Translations under genes and position numbers: made by a program
DNA from: an uncultured Alphaproteobacteria bacterium
Lineage (GTDB): Bacteria; Pseudomonadota; Alphaproteobacteria; Rickettsiales; UBA1997
Direction: 5' to 3'
Assembly: GCA_903858915.1 (NCBI GenBank)
Contig: CAIOKL010000278.1
Location: 1-38,811, forward strand
DNA length: 38,811 nucleotides
Part shown: piece by piece, positions 9,189 to 18,948 of the stretch
Layout: every line of letters starts with the position of its first letter
How positions within the stretch are numbered: position 1 is the first letter of the stretch
Notes under the pieces: generated by a model
What the model was told of the DNA's origin: nothing
What the model saw: the letters and a program-made list of their open reading frames with translations, nothing else
Databases searched by the model: none

Positions 9189-10436
9189 ATGAATTTGAAA
9201 TCAAGTTTTTTACATGAATTTTTTGAACGCGGATATTTAGCTCAATGCACTGATATATCAAAGCTTGACGAGGTTTTTTCGCAACAAAAAATTACCGCTT
9301 ATATCGGCTTTGATTGCACTGCAAAATCTTTGCATGTTGGCAGTTTGATTCAAATAATGATTTTAAGATTGCTTCAAAAGCACGGTCATAAAGCTTTAAT
9401 TTTGCTTGGCGGAGGAACGACAAAAATCGGCGACCCTTCTGGCAAGGATGACGCGAGGCAAATATTAAATTCTAGTAAAATTAATGAAAATTTAGTTGGA
9501 ATTCGCAACACTCTTCAAAAATTTATAAATTTTCAAGAAAATAAAGCGGTTTTAATAAATAATGATGATTGGTTGAAAAATCTCAATTATGTTGATTTTC
9601 TGCGTGAAATCGGCAAGCATTTTTCAATTAATCGCATGCTAACTTTTGATTCAGTTAAATCTAGACTTGAGCGCGAGCAACCCCTTTCTTTTCTCGAATT
9701 TAATTATATGATTTTGCAGGCATTTGATTTTTACGAGCTTCACAAAAATCATGATTGCATTTTACAAATTGGCGGTTCCGATCAATGGGGAAATATCGTT
9801 AATGGCGTTGAATTAATCAGAAAATTGGGATTCGAAAATGGCTTGTCTTCCAAAAAATCCGAAGCTTTTGGTTTGACTTCGCCACTTCTAACGACTTTTG
9901 ATGGTAAAAAAATGGGAAAAACCGCCGACGGTGCGGTTTGGCTTGATGAAACAATGCTTTCACCCTTCGATTATTTTCAATATTTTCGCAATACTCACGA
10001 TGGCGATGTAATAAAATTCTTAAAATTATTCACCGATTTATCGCTCGAAGAAATTAAAAAACATGAAGATTTTCAAGGTCAAGAAATCAACAAAGTCAAA
10101 GAAATTTTAGCTTTCGAGACTACAAAAATATGTCATGGTGAAGAAATTGCCAATCAAGTTTTAAATAAAGCTCGGGCAATTTTTTTACAAAAAAATGTTG
10201 AAGCTTTTGAAGAAAAAATCATTGCTTTTGAAGAAAATAATCAAAAAAAATTAGTTGATATAATTTTCGAGATAAAAGCTACGGAATCAAAGGCTGACGC
10301 CAAAAGATTAATTGAAGGAAAAGCCGTTAAAATCAATAATGAAATTATTGCCGACATAAATCACATTATTAGCAATAAAAACGCTTTTGAATTATCGATT
10401 GGTAAGAAAAAATTTTTTAAAATTATTATAAAATAA
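9189..10436 (+). CDS. tyrS: Tyrosine--tRNA ligase
   Basis: HIGH-type SLHVGSL and KMSKS-type KMGKT motifs, C-terminal S4-like domain, 415 aa. Confidence 0.94.
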   Translation: MNLKSSFLHEFFERGYLAQCTDISKLDEVFSQQKITAYIGFDCTAKSLHVGSLIQIMILRLLQKHGHKALILLGGGTTKIGDPSGKDDARQILNSSKINENLVGIRNTLQKFINFQENKAVLINNDDWLKNLNYVDFLREIGKHFSINRMLTFDSVKSRLEREQPLSFLEFNYMILQAFDFYELHKNHDCILQIGGSDQWGNIVNGVELIRKLGFENGLSSKKSEAFGLTSPLLTTFDGKKMGKTADGAVWLDETMLSPFDYFQYFRNTHDGDVIKFLKLFTDLSLEEIKKHEDFQGQEINKVKEILAFETTKICHGEEIANQVLNKARAIFLQKNVEAFEEKIIAFEENNQKKLVDIIFEIKATESKADAKRLIEGKAVKINNEIIADINHIISNKNAFELSIGKKKFFKIIIK

Positions 10437-10437
10437 A

Positions 10438-11415
10438 ATGACAAACAAAATAATTGGCATCGGCAACGCAATCGTTGATTTTCTAGCTAAATCTGAAGAT
10501 AATTTTCTCAAAAAACTCGAAGTTGAAAAAGGCTCGATGCTTTTAATCGATGAAAAATTTGTAGAAAGTTTAAGTGATTTATCGATTGAAAAATTTAGTT
10601 CGGGTGGATCGGTTGGCAACACAATTGCAACTTTGGCGCAACTCGATAATGCCGTTGATTTTATTGGTGTCGTCGGCGATGATGCCACGGGAAAAAAATT
10701 TATTGACGACATTCAAAAAAGTGGCGCAATTTTTAAGGGAAAAATTTTACCAAATCAAAAAACCGCCTCTTCATTTATTTTGGTAACCCCAGACGCTCAA
10801 CGCACCATGCTTACTTATCTTGGATGCGCTTCAAAAATTGATGAAGTGCATTTTGATGAAAATGATTTCAAAAATGCTAAAATTTTATATATTGAAGGAT
10901 ATTTGTGGGATTCTCCGCAAACTATTTCGGCTTTAAAAAAATCAATTTATTTGGCGAAGAAAAATAATGTAAAAATTGCTTTTTCTCTCTCCGATTCTTT
11001 TTGCGTCGAGCGCCACCATCAAGACTTTATAAATCTAATAAAAAATGAAGTCGATATATTGTTTTCGAATGAGGCTGAGGCTTTAAAGCTTGCGCAATTA
11101 ACTCATTTTGATCAGCAAAAAATTCACGATTTTTTTATTAATATTAATCCAAACATTGTCTTGGCTTTGACTAGGAGTGAAAGGGGTTGTATAATTATAA
11201 AACAAAATAAAATTTTAGAAATTTCTACAAAAAAAATTGAAAAAATTGTTGACACCACAGGAGCGGGAGATAGTTTTGCTAGCGGTTTCTTATATTATTT
11301 TGTTCGTGGATTTGATTTAGAAAAATGTGGCGAATATGGCAATTTTTTAGCCGGTAAAATAATTCAAAAATTCGGCGCAAGATTCGATTCTAGCGAAATA
11401 AAAATATTAAAATAA
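10438..11415 (+). CDS. pfkB-family carbohydrate/nucleoside kinase (possibly adenosine kinase)
   Basis: N-terminal GIGNAIVDFLA and the pfkB signature DTTGAGDSFASGF, 325 aa. Substrate cannot be assigned from sequence alone. Confidence 0.85.
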   Translation: MTNKIIGIGNAIVDFLAKSEDNFLKKLEVEKGSMLLIDEKFVESLSDLSIEKFSSGGSVGNTIATLAQLDNAVDFIGVVGDDATGKKFIDDIQKSGAIFKGKILPNQKTASSFILVTPDAQRTMLTYLGCASKIDEVHFDENDFKNAKILYIEGYLWDSPQTISALKKSIYLAKKNNVKIAFSLSDSFCVERHHQDFINLIKNEVDILFSNEAEALKLAQLTHFDQQKIHDFFININPNIVLALTRSERGCIIIKQNKILEISTKKIEKIVDTTGAGDSFASGFLYYFVRGFDLEKCGEYGNFLAGKIIQKFGARFDSSEIKILK

Positions 11416-11427
11416 TTTTTTGTAAAA

Positions 11428-12864
11428 ATGACGCTCTGGACTACAAAAGAAATAACGGAAGCACTTGCGGATGAATTAAATAATTCAATAAATAATTCAG
11501 AAAATTTATTGATAGAAAATGTTTTTATCGATAGTCGTAAAAAAATTTATGCGGGTCTTTTTGTGGCTCTTAAGGGTGAAAATACCGACGGTCACAAATT
11601 TCTTATGCAAGCCTTCGAAAATGGCGCTAATTTTGCGCTTGTTGAGCAAATTCCTGATGAAATAAAAAATTCCAATTTTATTTCCCGATTAATTTTAGTT
11701 AAAAATACTTATAAAGCACTCGAAAAACTTGCTGAATTTTCGCGTCAAAGAACCAAGGCAAAAATCATTGCGCTTACCGGAAGCGTTGGCAAAACTGGCA
11801 CCAAAGAAATGTTGAAATTAGCTTTCTCAACTCAAGGAAAAACCTTTGCTAATTCTGGAAATTTAAATAATCACATTGGCTTACCGCTTTCGCTATCAAA
11901 CCTTGAAGCTGATTGCGAATATGCTATTTTTGAAATGGGCATGAATCATTTAAATGAAATAATTCACCTTTCCAAAATTGCGCGTCCGCATGTTGCGATT
12001 ATTACCAATGTTGGCTCCGTTCATATCGAATTTTTTAAAAATGAACAAGAAATTGCTTTGGCAAAATCTGAAATTTTTGCAGGTTTAGAAGAAAATGGCG
12101 TTGCGATTATTAACGCCGATAATATTCATTTTGAATTTTTGAAACAACAAGCTCAATCCTACAAAATCCTTGATTCGAACCTAGTTTCTTTTGGCAATAA
12201 AAATCAAGCCGATTACCAAATTAACGACATTTCGATAGTCGAATCTTCTCTTTCAAAAATTGAAGCAAAAACTAAAAATTCTCAAAAAATTTCTTATTTA
12301 ACGGGATGTTCGAATCAAGCCGTCAATTTCAATTCAATAATCGTGGTTGCTTGTCTTGATTTAATCGGCAAAGATTTAAATTCCGGATTAGCTGTTTTAA
12401 AAAATTTTTCTAGCTCTGATGGGCGTGGCAAAGTTAGTGATATTATTGTTAATGGCAAAAAAATTACGATAATTGATGACACCTACAACGCCAGCATTTT
12501 ATCAATGAAAGCCGGATTACAAAATTGTGAAAAATTAAAAAATATTTTAAATAAAAAAAGAATGATTTGCGCTCTTGGAGACATGCTCGAGCTTGGCGAA
12601 AAATCTTTAGAAATTCATGGCGAAGTTTTAAATTTTGTCAAAGAAAAAAATTTTGATCAAATCATTTTAGTTGGCAAAAAAATGGATGAAGTTAATCAAA
12701 ATATTAAATTAAAAAATTCTAAAAATTATCCTGATTCAATTTCTGCAAGTCTTGATTTTGAAGGCATTTTAAATGATGGCGACATCGTTTATTTAAAAGG
12801 ATCTCGTGGAATGAAAATGGAAAAAATCATTGAAAAATTAACCTTAAAAACCAGTGTTCACTAG
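11428..12864 (+). CDS. murF: UDP-N-acetylmuramoyl-tripeptide--D-alanyl-D-alanine ligase
   Basis: Mur ligase P-loop LTGSVGKTGTKEM and DDTYNAS motif, 478 aa, directly upstream of mraY. Confidence 0.93.
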   Translation: MTLWTTKEITEALADELNNSINNSENLLIENVFIDSRKKIYAGLFVALKGENTDGHKFLMQAFENGANFALVEQIPDEIKNSNFISRLILVKNTYKALEKLAEFSRQRTKAKIIALTGSVGKTGTKEMLKLAFSTQGKTFANSGNLNNHIGLPLSLSNLEADCEYAIFEMGMNHLNEIIHLSKIARPHVAIITNVGSVHIEFFKNEQEIALAKSEIFAGLEENGVAIINADNIHFEFLKQQAQSYKILDSNLVSFGNKNQADYQINDISIVESSLSKIEAKTKNSQKISYLTGCSNQAVNFNSIIVVACLDLIGKDLNSGLAVLKNFSSSDGRGKVSDIIVNGKKITIIDDTYNASILSMKAGLQNCEKLKNILNKKRMICALGDMLELGEKSLEIHGEVLNFVKEKNFDQIILVGKKMDEVNQNIKLKNSKNYPDSISASLDFEGILNDGDIVYLKGSRGMKMEKIIEKLTLKTSVH

Positions 12865-13906
12865 TCTTGTAATTTTTAAAAGCCTATGGCTTAAAGCCTT
12901 TGTTTGCTTGGCTTCATCTTATTTAATCGCATTTTTTTCAATTCGCAAATATATTGCGATAATGAATAAGAAAAATTTATTTCAGCCGATTCGTTCCGAC
13001 GGCCCCGAATCGCATTTAAAAAATAAAAAACGCACCCCGACCATGGGTGGAATTTTTATAATTTTGGCAACTTTGCTAACTACTTTTTTCTTCATCGATA
13101 TTTATAATCGTTATATTTTAGTTATCTGCTCAATCATGATTTGCTTTGCCTCGATTGGCTTGATTGATGATTTAATGAAAGTTGTTTTTAAAAATACCAA
13201 AGGTTTTCGTGGCAGTTATCGTATCGTTATTCAATTTGGAATTATCGGTTTGGCCTTTCTGTGGCTTAATGTGATTGACCCAATTCATGCGACCGGCGAA
13301 ATATTTTTCCCGCTCGGCGCGCATCATTATTTAGCTCTAAATTTATCGCTTTACATAATTTTTGTAACAATAGTTATCGTCGGATCGTCAAACGCCGTCA
13401 ACTTAACGGATGGCTTAGACGGCTTGGTTTCCGTGCCGGCAATAATAAATTTAATTTGTTTAATATTGTTAATTCACGCTTCGTCAACTCGCGAATTGGC
13501 TACTAAATTCAATGTTCCGCATGTTTTATTTTCGGGAGAAATTATATTTTTTTGTATAGCTTTGATCGGCTCAATTTTAGCTTTTTTAACCTTTAATTTT
13601 AAACCTGCTAAAATTTTTATGGGCGATGTTGGAAGTCTGGGAATTGGCTCTGTTCTTGGTTTGATTGCCATAATTGTTAAACAAGAATTTGTATTTTTCT
13701 TAATTTCAATTTTATTTGTCGCCGAAGCGCTTTCGGTGATTCTTCAAGTTGGTTCTTATAAATTACGCAAAAAAAGAATTTTTTTAATGGCGCCATTACA
13801 TCATCATTTTGAAAAATTAGGATGGAGCGAGCAACGGGTTGTATTCAGCTTCTGGACGGCTTCTTTCTTTTTTGCAATTATTGGAACCTTGGTTTTTTTA
13901 TATTAA
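12854..13906 (+). CDS. mraY: Phospho-N-acetylmuramoyl-pentapeptide transferase
   Basis: RTPTMGG, NAVNLTDGLDGL and PLHHHFE motifs, multi-TM. The GTG start at 12854 overlaps murF by 11 nt. The next in-frame ATG would delete TM1. Confidence 0.92.
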   Translation: MFTSLVIFKSLWLKAFVCLASSYLIAFFSIRKYIAIMNKKNLFQPIRSDGPESHLKNKKRTPTMGGIFIILATLLTTFFFIDIYNRYILVICSIMICFASIGLIDDLMKVVFKNTKGFRGSYRIVIQFGIIGLAFLWLNVIDPIHATGEIFFPLGAHHYLALNLSLYIIFVTIVIVGSSNAVNLTDGLDGLVSVPAIINLICLILLIHASSTRELATKFNVPHVLFSGEIIFFCIALIGSILAFLTFNFKPAKIFMGDVGSLGIGSVLGLIAIIVKQEFVFFLISILFVAEALSVILQVGSYKLRKKRIFLMAPLHHHFEKLGWSEQRVVFSFWTASFFFAIIGTLVFLY

Positions 13907-13975
13907 TTTTTTAGTTAAAAAACAAAATTCAAATCCGTAAATTATCAAATAAATTTATTCAAATAAACTAACTTT

Positions 13976-15565
13976 ATGAACAAAAAATCAAGAGTTTATC
14001 TTTATGATTCTACCCTACGAGACGGCGCACAGACTAGCACCGTCAATTTTTCTGTTCAAAATAAAATTGATATCGCCAAAATGCTCGATAAAATCGGCAT
14101 TGATTTTATCGAAGGCGGTTGGCCGGGAGCAAATCCGATTGATGACGAATTTTTTTTAAAGCTTCCAAAGCTTGAAAAATCACAATTCGTGGCTTTTGGC
14201 ATGACGCGACGCGTTAATAGTTCGGCGGGCAATGACAACGCGCTCAACGCTTTAATCAACTCACCGGCCCAATCGATTTGTATAGTTGGCAAGAGTTGGG
14301 ATTTTCATTTAACGCACGCTTTACATATTTCTGAACAAGAAAATTTGGCAATGATTTCTGAATCGATTCAATATATCGTTAAAAGAAAAAAAGTGGCGAT
14401 GTTTGACGCCGAACACTTCTTCGATGGTTATAAAGCCAATCCAAAATTTGCCTTAAATGTTGTTAAAACCGCTTTTGAAGCGGGTGCGCGCTGGGTTATT
14501 TTATGCGATACAAACGGCGGAACCCTGCCCTCGGAAATAAAATCAATAATTAATGAAGTCGTAAAAATTATTCCCGGAGAAAATCTTGGAATTCATTGTC
14601 ATAACGACACCGGCAATGCTGTTGCTAATTCGATTTGCGCTGTTGAGGCTGGAGTGCGTCAAGTGCAAGGCACTATCAACGGTCTTGGCGAAAGATGTGG
14701 CAATGCTAATTTGACTTCAATCATTCCAACTTTGGCTTTGAAAATGGGCTATGATATTGGAATTGAAGAATCTCATCTTAAAAATTTATTAAAAGTTTCG
14801 CGATTTCTTGATGAAATTTTGAACAAAGAAAGTGATAAATTTGCACCTTATGTTGGTAAATATGCTTTTGCGCATAAAGGCGGATTGCATGTGTCGGCAG
14901 TAGCGAAAAACGCGAGTTCTTACGAGCATATTGAGCCTGAAAAAGTTGGCAATCATCGTCAAATTATGGTTTCAAATCAAGCGGGTCGTTCCAACATTAT
15001 AAGTCGTTTGAAAGAAATTGGTTTAATTAAAAATGAAGAAAATTTGGGCGATAAAATTAGCGATTTAGTCAACATCGTTAAGGATTTAGAAACGCAAGGT
15101 TATGCGTATGATTCGGCGGATGCGAGTTTTGAAATTTTGGCTAAAAAATCATTATCGATTGTTCCGAATTTCTTCGAATTAATTAGTTTTAGCGTTGTTG
15201 ACGAAAGAAGTCACGATGAAAATGGCGAAATTATCACGATGGCGGAAGCGACAATAAAAATTAAAATCGATGATAAAATCTCAATGGCAATTTCCAAGGG
15301 TAATGGACCGGTGAACGCTTTAGATAAAGCTCTTCGTAAGGCTTTATCAGAGAAATATCCAGTTTTAGAAAATATTAAATTGAGCGATTATAAAGTAAGA
15401 ATTTTAACTCCTTCCGACGGAACGCAGGCAATCACGCGCGTGCAAATCGAATCTTGCGACGAAAAAGGTGAAGTTTGGACAACAATCGGCGTTTCCAAAA
15501 ACATTATTGACGCCTCTTTCCGCGCGCTTCACGACAGCATGACTTATTGCTTAATTCGACAATAA
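13976..15565 (+). CDS. cimA: Citramalate synthase / 2-isopropylmalate synthase family protein
   Basis: LYDSTLRDGAQ and HCHNDTGNAVANS HMGL-like motifs plus a C-terminal LeuA-dimer-like regulatory region. The 529-aa length fits the CimA-type subfamily. The subfamily call is an inference. Confidence 0.8.
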   Translation: MNKKSRVYLYDSTLRDGAQTSTVNFSVQNKIDIAKMLDKIGIDFIEGGWPGANPIDDEFFLKLPKLEKSQFVAFGMTRRVNSSAGNDNALNALINSPAQSICIVGKSWDFHLTHALHISEQENLAMISESIQYIVKRKKVAMFDAEHFFDGYKANPKFALNVVKTAFEAGARWVILCDTNGGTLPSEIKSIINEVVKIIPGENLGIHCHNDTGNAVANSICAVEAGVRQVQGTINGLGERCGNANLTSIIPTLALKMGYDIGIEESHLKNLLKVSRFLDEILNKESDKFAPYVGKYAFAHKGGLHVSAVAKNASSYEHIEPEKVGNHRQIMVSNQAGRSNIISRLKEIGLIKNEENLGDKISDLVNIVKDLETQGYAYDSADASFEILAKKSLSIVPNFFELISFSVVDERSHDENGEIITMAEATIKIKIDDKISMAISKGNGPVNALDKALRKALSEKYPVLENIKLSDYKVRILTPSDGTQAITRVQIESCDEKGEVWTTIGVSKNIIDASFRALHDSMTYCLIRQ

Positions 15566-15566
15566 T

Positions 15567-16286
15567 TTAAAATTTTTTCAAAATATCGATTAATTGTTGA
15601 TGGTCAAAGTAAACCGCAACCGCGCCTTTGTTATCAAAGCCATTTTCTAAAATTTTTTGGTCAATTGTTTTGGAAATTTTATTATCCGAATGTCCATAAA
15701 TTATTGGAACGGCGCCTGAATTATGGGCGCATTCGACATCGGCAATGGTGTCGCCAACAAACCAAATATAATGTTTTTTGGTATCAATTTCCGAGCCGTT
15801 TAAAGCAAAATCAACCGGCTCGCGACTCGGTTTGTCGGAGTTGGCGTCTTGCGCGCCGACCAATGAAAAAAATAAATTTTCGAGTTGTAATTTTTTAACT
15901 TCTTTGCGTAAAGTAATGCCAATTTTATTGCTTACTAAAAATTGTGGAATGTTTAAAGTTTTTACAAAATTTAATAATTCAAAAGAATTTTTTAACAAAG
16001 AAATTTGCGCGATATTAATGTCGTGATAGGCTTTTTTGTAGATCTCGCCTGCCCTTTCCCAATCATTGCCAAAAATTTCTGGAAATGATTCGCGCATCGA
16101 TTTATGAACCGAATCGCGAACTTTTTCAACGCTCCATTCTTCGCGATTGGTGGCGCGCATCGTTGAATTTATGGCGCTTTGAATGAGTGGCCAAGTATCG
16201 ACTAAAGTGTTATCCCAATCGTAAATAATGGCGTCAGGTTTTTTTAAATTTTCAAAAGCTTGGAAATTTTTTTCGAGATTTAGCAT
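15567..16286 (-). CDS. HAD-superfamily phosphatase (phosphoglycolate-phosphatase-like)
   Basis: Motif I IIYDWDNTLVDT (DxDxT) and motif IV VGDTIADVECA, 239 aa. Confidence 0.85.
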   Translation of the reverse strand: MLNLEKNFQAFENLKKPDAIIYDWDNTLVDTWPLIQSAINSTMRATNREEWSVEKVRDSVHKSMRESFPEIFGNDWERAGEIYKKAYHDINIAQISLLKNSFELLNFVKTLNIPQFLVSNKIGITLRKEVKKLQLENLFFSLVGAQDANSDKPSREPVDFALNGSEIDTKKHYIWFVGDTIADVECAHNSGAVPIIYGHSDNKISKTIDQKILENGFDNKGAVAVYFDHQQLIDILKKF

Positions 16287-16288
16287 TT

Positions 16289-16636
16289 TTATAAAGTTTC
16301 TTTGGTTGATTTAGGCGGACGCGGATCGAAAAATTTTTCAAATTTATTTTTCATGCCGTCCATTTCTTTTGCCTCGGGTAAGGCATCTTTTTTCTTGGTA
16401 ATATTTGGCCATTTTTTGGTATATTCGCGATTAATTTCAACCCATCGCAATAAATCTGGAGATTCGGGAGAAATCGCTTCGGCTGGGCATTCAGGGACGC
16501 AAACACCGCAATCGATGCATGCTTCGGGGTCGATAACTAGCATATTTTCGCCTTCGTAAAAGCAATCGACGGGACACACCGAAACGCAATCGGTATATTT
16601 GCATCGAACACAATTGTCGGTAACAACATAAGTCAT
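16289..16636 (-). CDS. fdxA: 7Fe ferredoxin (3Fe-4S/4Fe-4S, Azotobacter FdI type)
   Basis: [28 protein letters not shown]...[12 protein letters not shown] cysteine pattern, 115 aa. The start overlaps the ccmC stop (ATGA). Confidence 0.94.
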   Translation of the reverse strand: MTYVVTDNCVRCKYTDCVSVCPVDCFYEGENMLVIDPEACIDCGVCVPECPAEAISPESPDLLRWVEINREYTKKWPNITKKKDALPEAKEMDGMKNKFEKFFDPRPPKSTKETL

Positions 16637-17352
16637 AAATTGTTATTTTTTAATGTTAATGATTGAATTTTGCGCTTCATGATTTCATTTTTAACTGCAA
16701 TCAAAGAAACGAAAATAAAAGTGCAAAAATATGCCCCGAACATCAATAATAAAGGCTCTAAAAATGACGGATGAATTGCCGTTCCGCCCGAGCGAATAAT
16801 GCTCGCTTTTTGGTGAAGAGAATTCCAATATTCAACCGAAAATTTGATGATTGGAATATTTACGAAGCCAACAATCGAAATGATCGCCGAGATTTTTTCA
16901 GCCTTGATTTTATCTTCAATATTGTCGAATAAAAGCAAATATCCCAAATATAAAAAGAATAAAATTAACATTGAAGTGAGGCGCGCGTCCCAGACCCACC
17001 AAGCGCCCCAAATGGGTTTACCCCAAATCGCTCCCGTAACTAATGTTATGAATGTAAATACGCACCCGATTTCGGCGACGGCGCGAGCGATTACATAAAA
17101 AAAGCGATTTTTCCAAACGAATCCGGCAATATTAAAACTTGCCATTAAACAATAAATTAATAATGACATCCATGCCGACGGAACATGAATATACATGATT
17201 TTAACAGCGTTGCCTTGTTGATAATCGTCGGGCGAAGAAGAGATTGCTAAGAGTGCAAAAAATAAAAATACTTTTGCCAAAATTATAAAAATTGGCGTAA
17301 AAATACGAAAATTTTTGTCAAAATTTTTTAATTGTAAAAAATAATTTATCAT
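16633..17352 (-). CDS. ccmC: Heme exporter protein C (cytochrome c maturation)
   Basis: Trp-rich heme-handling motif [18 protein letters not shown], multi-TM. The ORF-track start at 17421 is TTG; I prefer the ATG at 17350-17352 (MINYFLQL...), which gives 239 aa. No other ccm genes are adjacent. Confidence 0.88.
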   Translation of the reverse strand: MINYFLQLKNFDKNFRIFTPIFIILAKVFLFFALLAISSSPDDYQQGNAVKIMYIHVPSAWMSLLIYCLMASFNIAGFVWKNRFFYVIARAVAEIGCVFTFITLVTGAIWGKPIWGAWWVWDARLTSMLILFFLYLGYLLLFDNIEDKIKAEKISAIISIVGFVNIPIIKFSVEYWNSLHQKASIIRSGGTAIHPSFLEPLLLMFGAYFCTFIFVSLIAVKNEIMKRKIQSLTLKNNNL

Positions 17353-17424
17353 TTTAAAAGTTAAGAAAATGAAGGCTTTGTAACGCAATCGATAATTTAC
17401 AAAAAATAAAATTTTATGCAAATA

Positions 17425-18759
17425 TTATTTTCCAGATATTTCTTTTATTTCAAATTCTCTATCGATTTTTATATCGGCTCCCTTGCCTTTAAATTGCAAA
17501 AGAAGTTCTTCTTTGCGATTGTCTTTGATGTAAATATGCGAAGAGGAAACCATGCCCGAACTTAGATTCCAAGTTGGGTCTACGAAAATCCATTTATTAT
17601 CAACGAAAATCATGTTCCACGCGTGGCTATCAAATTTATCATATTCGCCAAAAGCATAGCCATGAACGATTGAGGACGGAATTTTGGCAACTCGCGCCAA
17701 CGCGTTAAACAAAGTTGCGAACTCGCTACAAACTCCCGATTTGGTTTGTAAAATTTGTTCGACGGTTAATAATTTTCCAAAATAATTTAAATCATATTTT
17801 AAAGTTTTATTAACATAATTTACGATTTTAGCGTGGAAAGGAATTGAGTCATATTGCGGATCGGCATGAATTTCTTGAAGAATTGGTTTTAAAAGCATTT
17901 CTTCACTTGGAGTGGTTTCGAGATATTTTTCAATTAAGCGATTATTTTCAATCGAATATTTTTTGCCCGTGGTAATTAGCGCTTTATTTTGAATAATTAT
18001 TTCTTTGTCTTCGGGCTTTACATCGAAAGTTAGGACATCATTGTCGCGATTAGTAATATGTTTTTTGGGATTTTTATTCGCCCCAATCGTTTGATTTTGA
18101 ACCTCTTGCGCCCCTCCTCTAAATAAATAAGGAGCAGTAATTTGTACTTCACCTTCGGAGCCGTTGAAAAGAACTTTACTTTTTATCGATACTAACCAAG
18201 TTTTAAAAGAATTAGTTATTTTTAGTGCCTCTTGAAGACCAACACTAGGAACAATACCATTGAATAAAACTTTTTTATTTTCAACAATAATATTTTTATG
18301 CGAAGAAATTAATTCGTAATTTTCACCGAAATCTAGCGAAATATTAGCCTTCGCGCCACCAGCAAATTGAGGGATGTAGAACGATTCTTGGCGAATATAT
18401 TTGTTGATTTTTTCATAAGTATCTTTGGCCTCATATTCAATATAAGCGGTTTGATTATTTAACAAAGGTTTGTTGAAAAAAACTTCAAAAGAATTTGGAA
18501 TAGATAAGGATTTTGCGCTGAGCGCGTTAACCCTAACATTGGAAATTATTAATCTGTGATTTGATGAGCTGGTAATTGAAAAAGAATTTATGCCAACATT
18601 TTGCGGTAAGCCTACAGCCTGAATCTGTATAAAGAATTTTGAAACGCGACCAAAATCGGTTAATTTTGCTTCTTCATTCCACTCAACAACTTTAATTCCT
18701 GCGAATGATTGTGAAATTAAAAAGAAAAAGATTAAAAAAGTTAATTTTAGTTGATTCAT
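17425..18759 (-). CDS. Secreted transglutaminase-like (papain-fold) domain protein
   Basis: N-terminal signal-peptide-like MNQLKLTFLIFFFLISQSFA. C-terminal core has the Cys-His-Asp pattern SGVCSEFATLF...DSHAWNMIF...FVDPTW (catalytic Cys codon at 17728-17730). The N-terminal ~330 aa are unrecognised. Confidence 0.8.
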   Translation of the reverse strand: MNQLKLTFLIFFFLISQSFAGIKVVEWNEEAKLTDFGRVSKFFIQIQAVGLPQNVGINSFSITSSSNHRLIISNVRVNALSAKSLSIPNSFEVFFNKPLLNNQTAYIEYEAKDTYEKINKYIRQESFYIPQFAGGAKANISLDFGENYELISSHKNIIVENKKVLFNGIVPSVGLQEALKITNSFKTWLVSIKSKVLFNGSEGEVQITAPYLFRGGAQEVQNQTIGANKNPKKHITNRDNDVLTFDVKPEDKEIIIQNKALITTGKKYSIENNRLIEKYLETTPSEEMLLKPILQEIHADPQYDSIPFHAKIVNYVNKTLKYDLNYFGKLLTVEQILQTKSGVCSEFATLFNALARVAKIPSSIVHGYAFGEYDKFDSHAWNMIFVDNKWIFVDPTWNLSSGMVSSSHIYIKDNRKEELLLQFKGKGADIKIDREFEIKEISGK

Positions 18760-18948
18760 AAAATTTTAAAGAAAAATAAAAAAAATTCTTGGTAAATAAA
18801 AATTATTTAAAAATAATATGAAATCACTTATTTTAGTATGAAATCGTTTTAAATTAACAATTTTTCAAAAGATTTACGAATAAAAAATAATTCTCAACAA
18901 AATTATCATTTTAATCTTTTTTTGAGATAAAGTTAGCTTTAAAAATTG

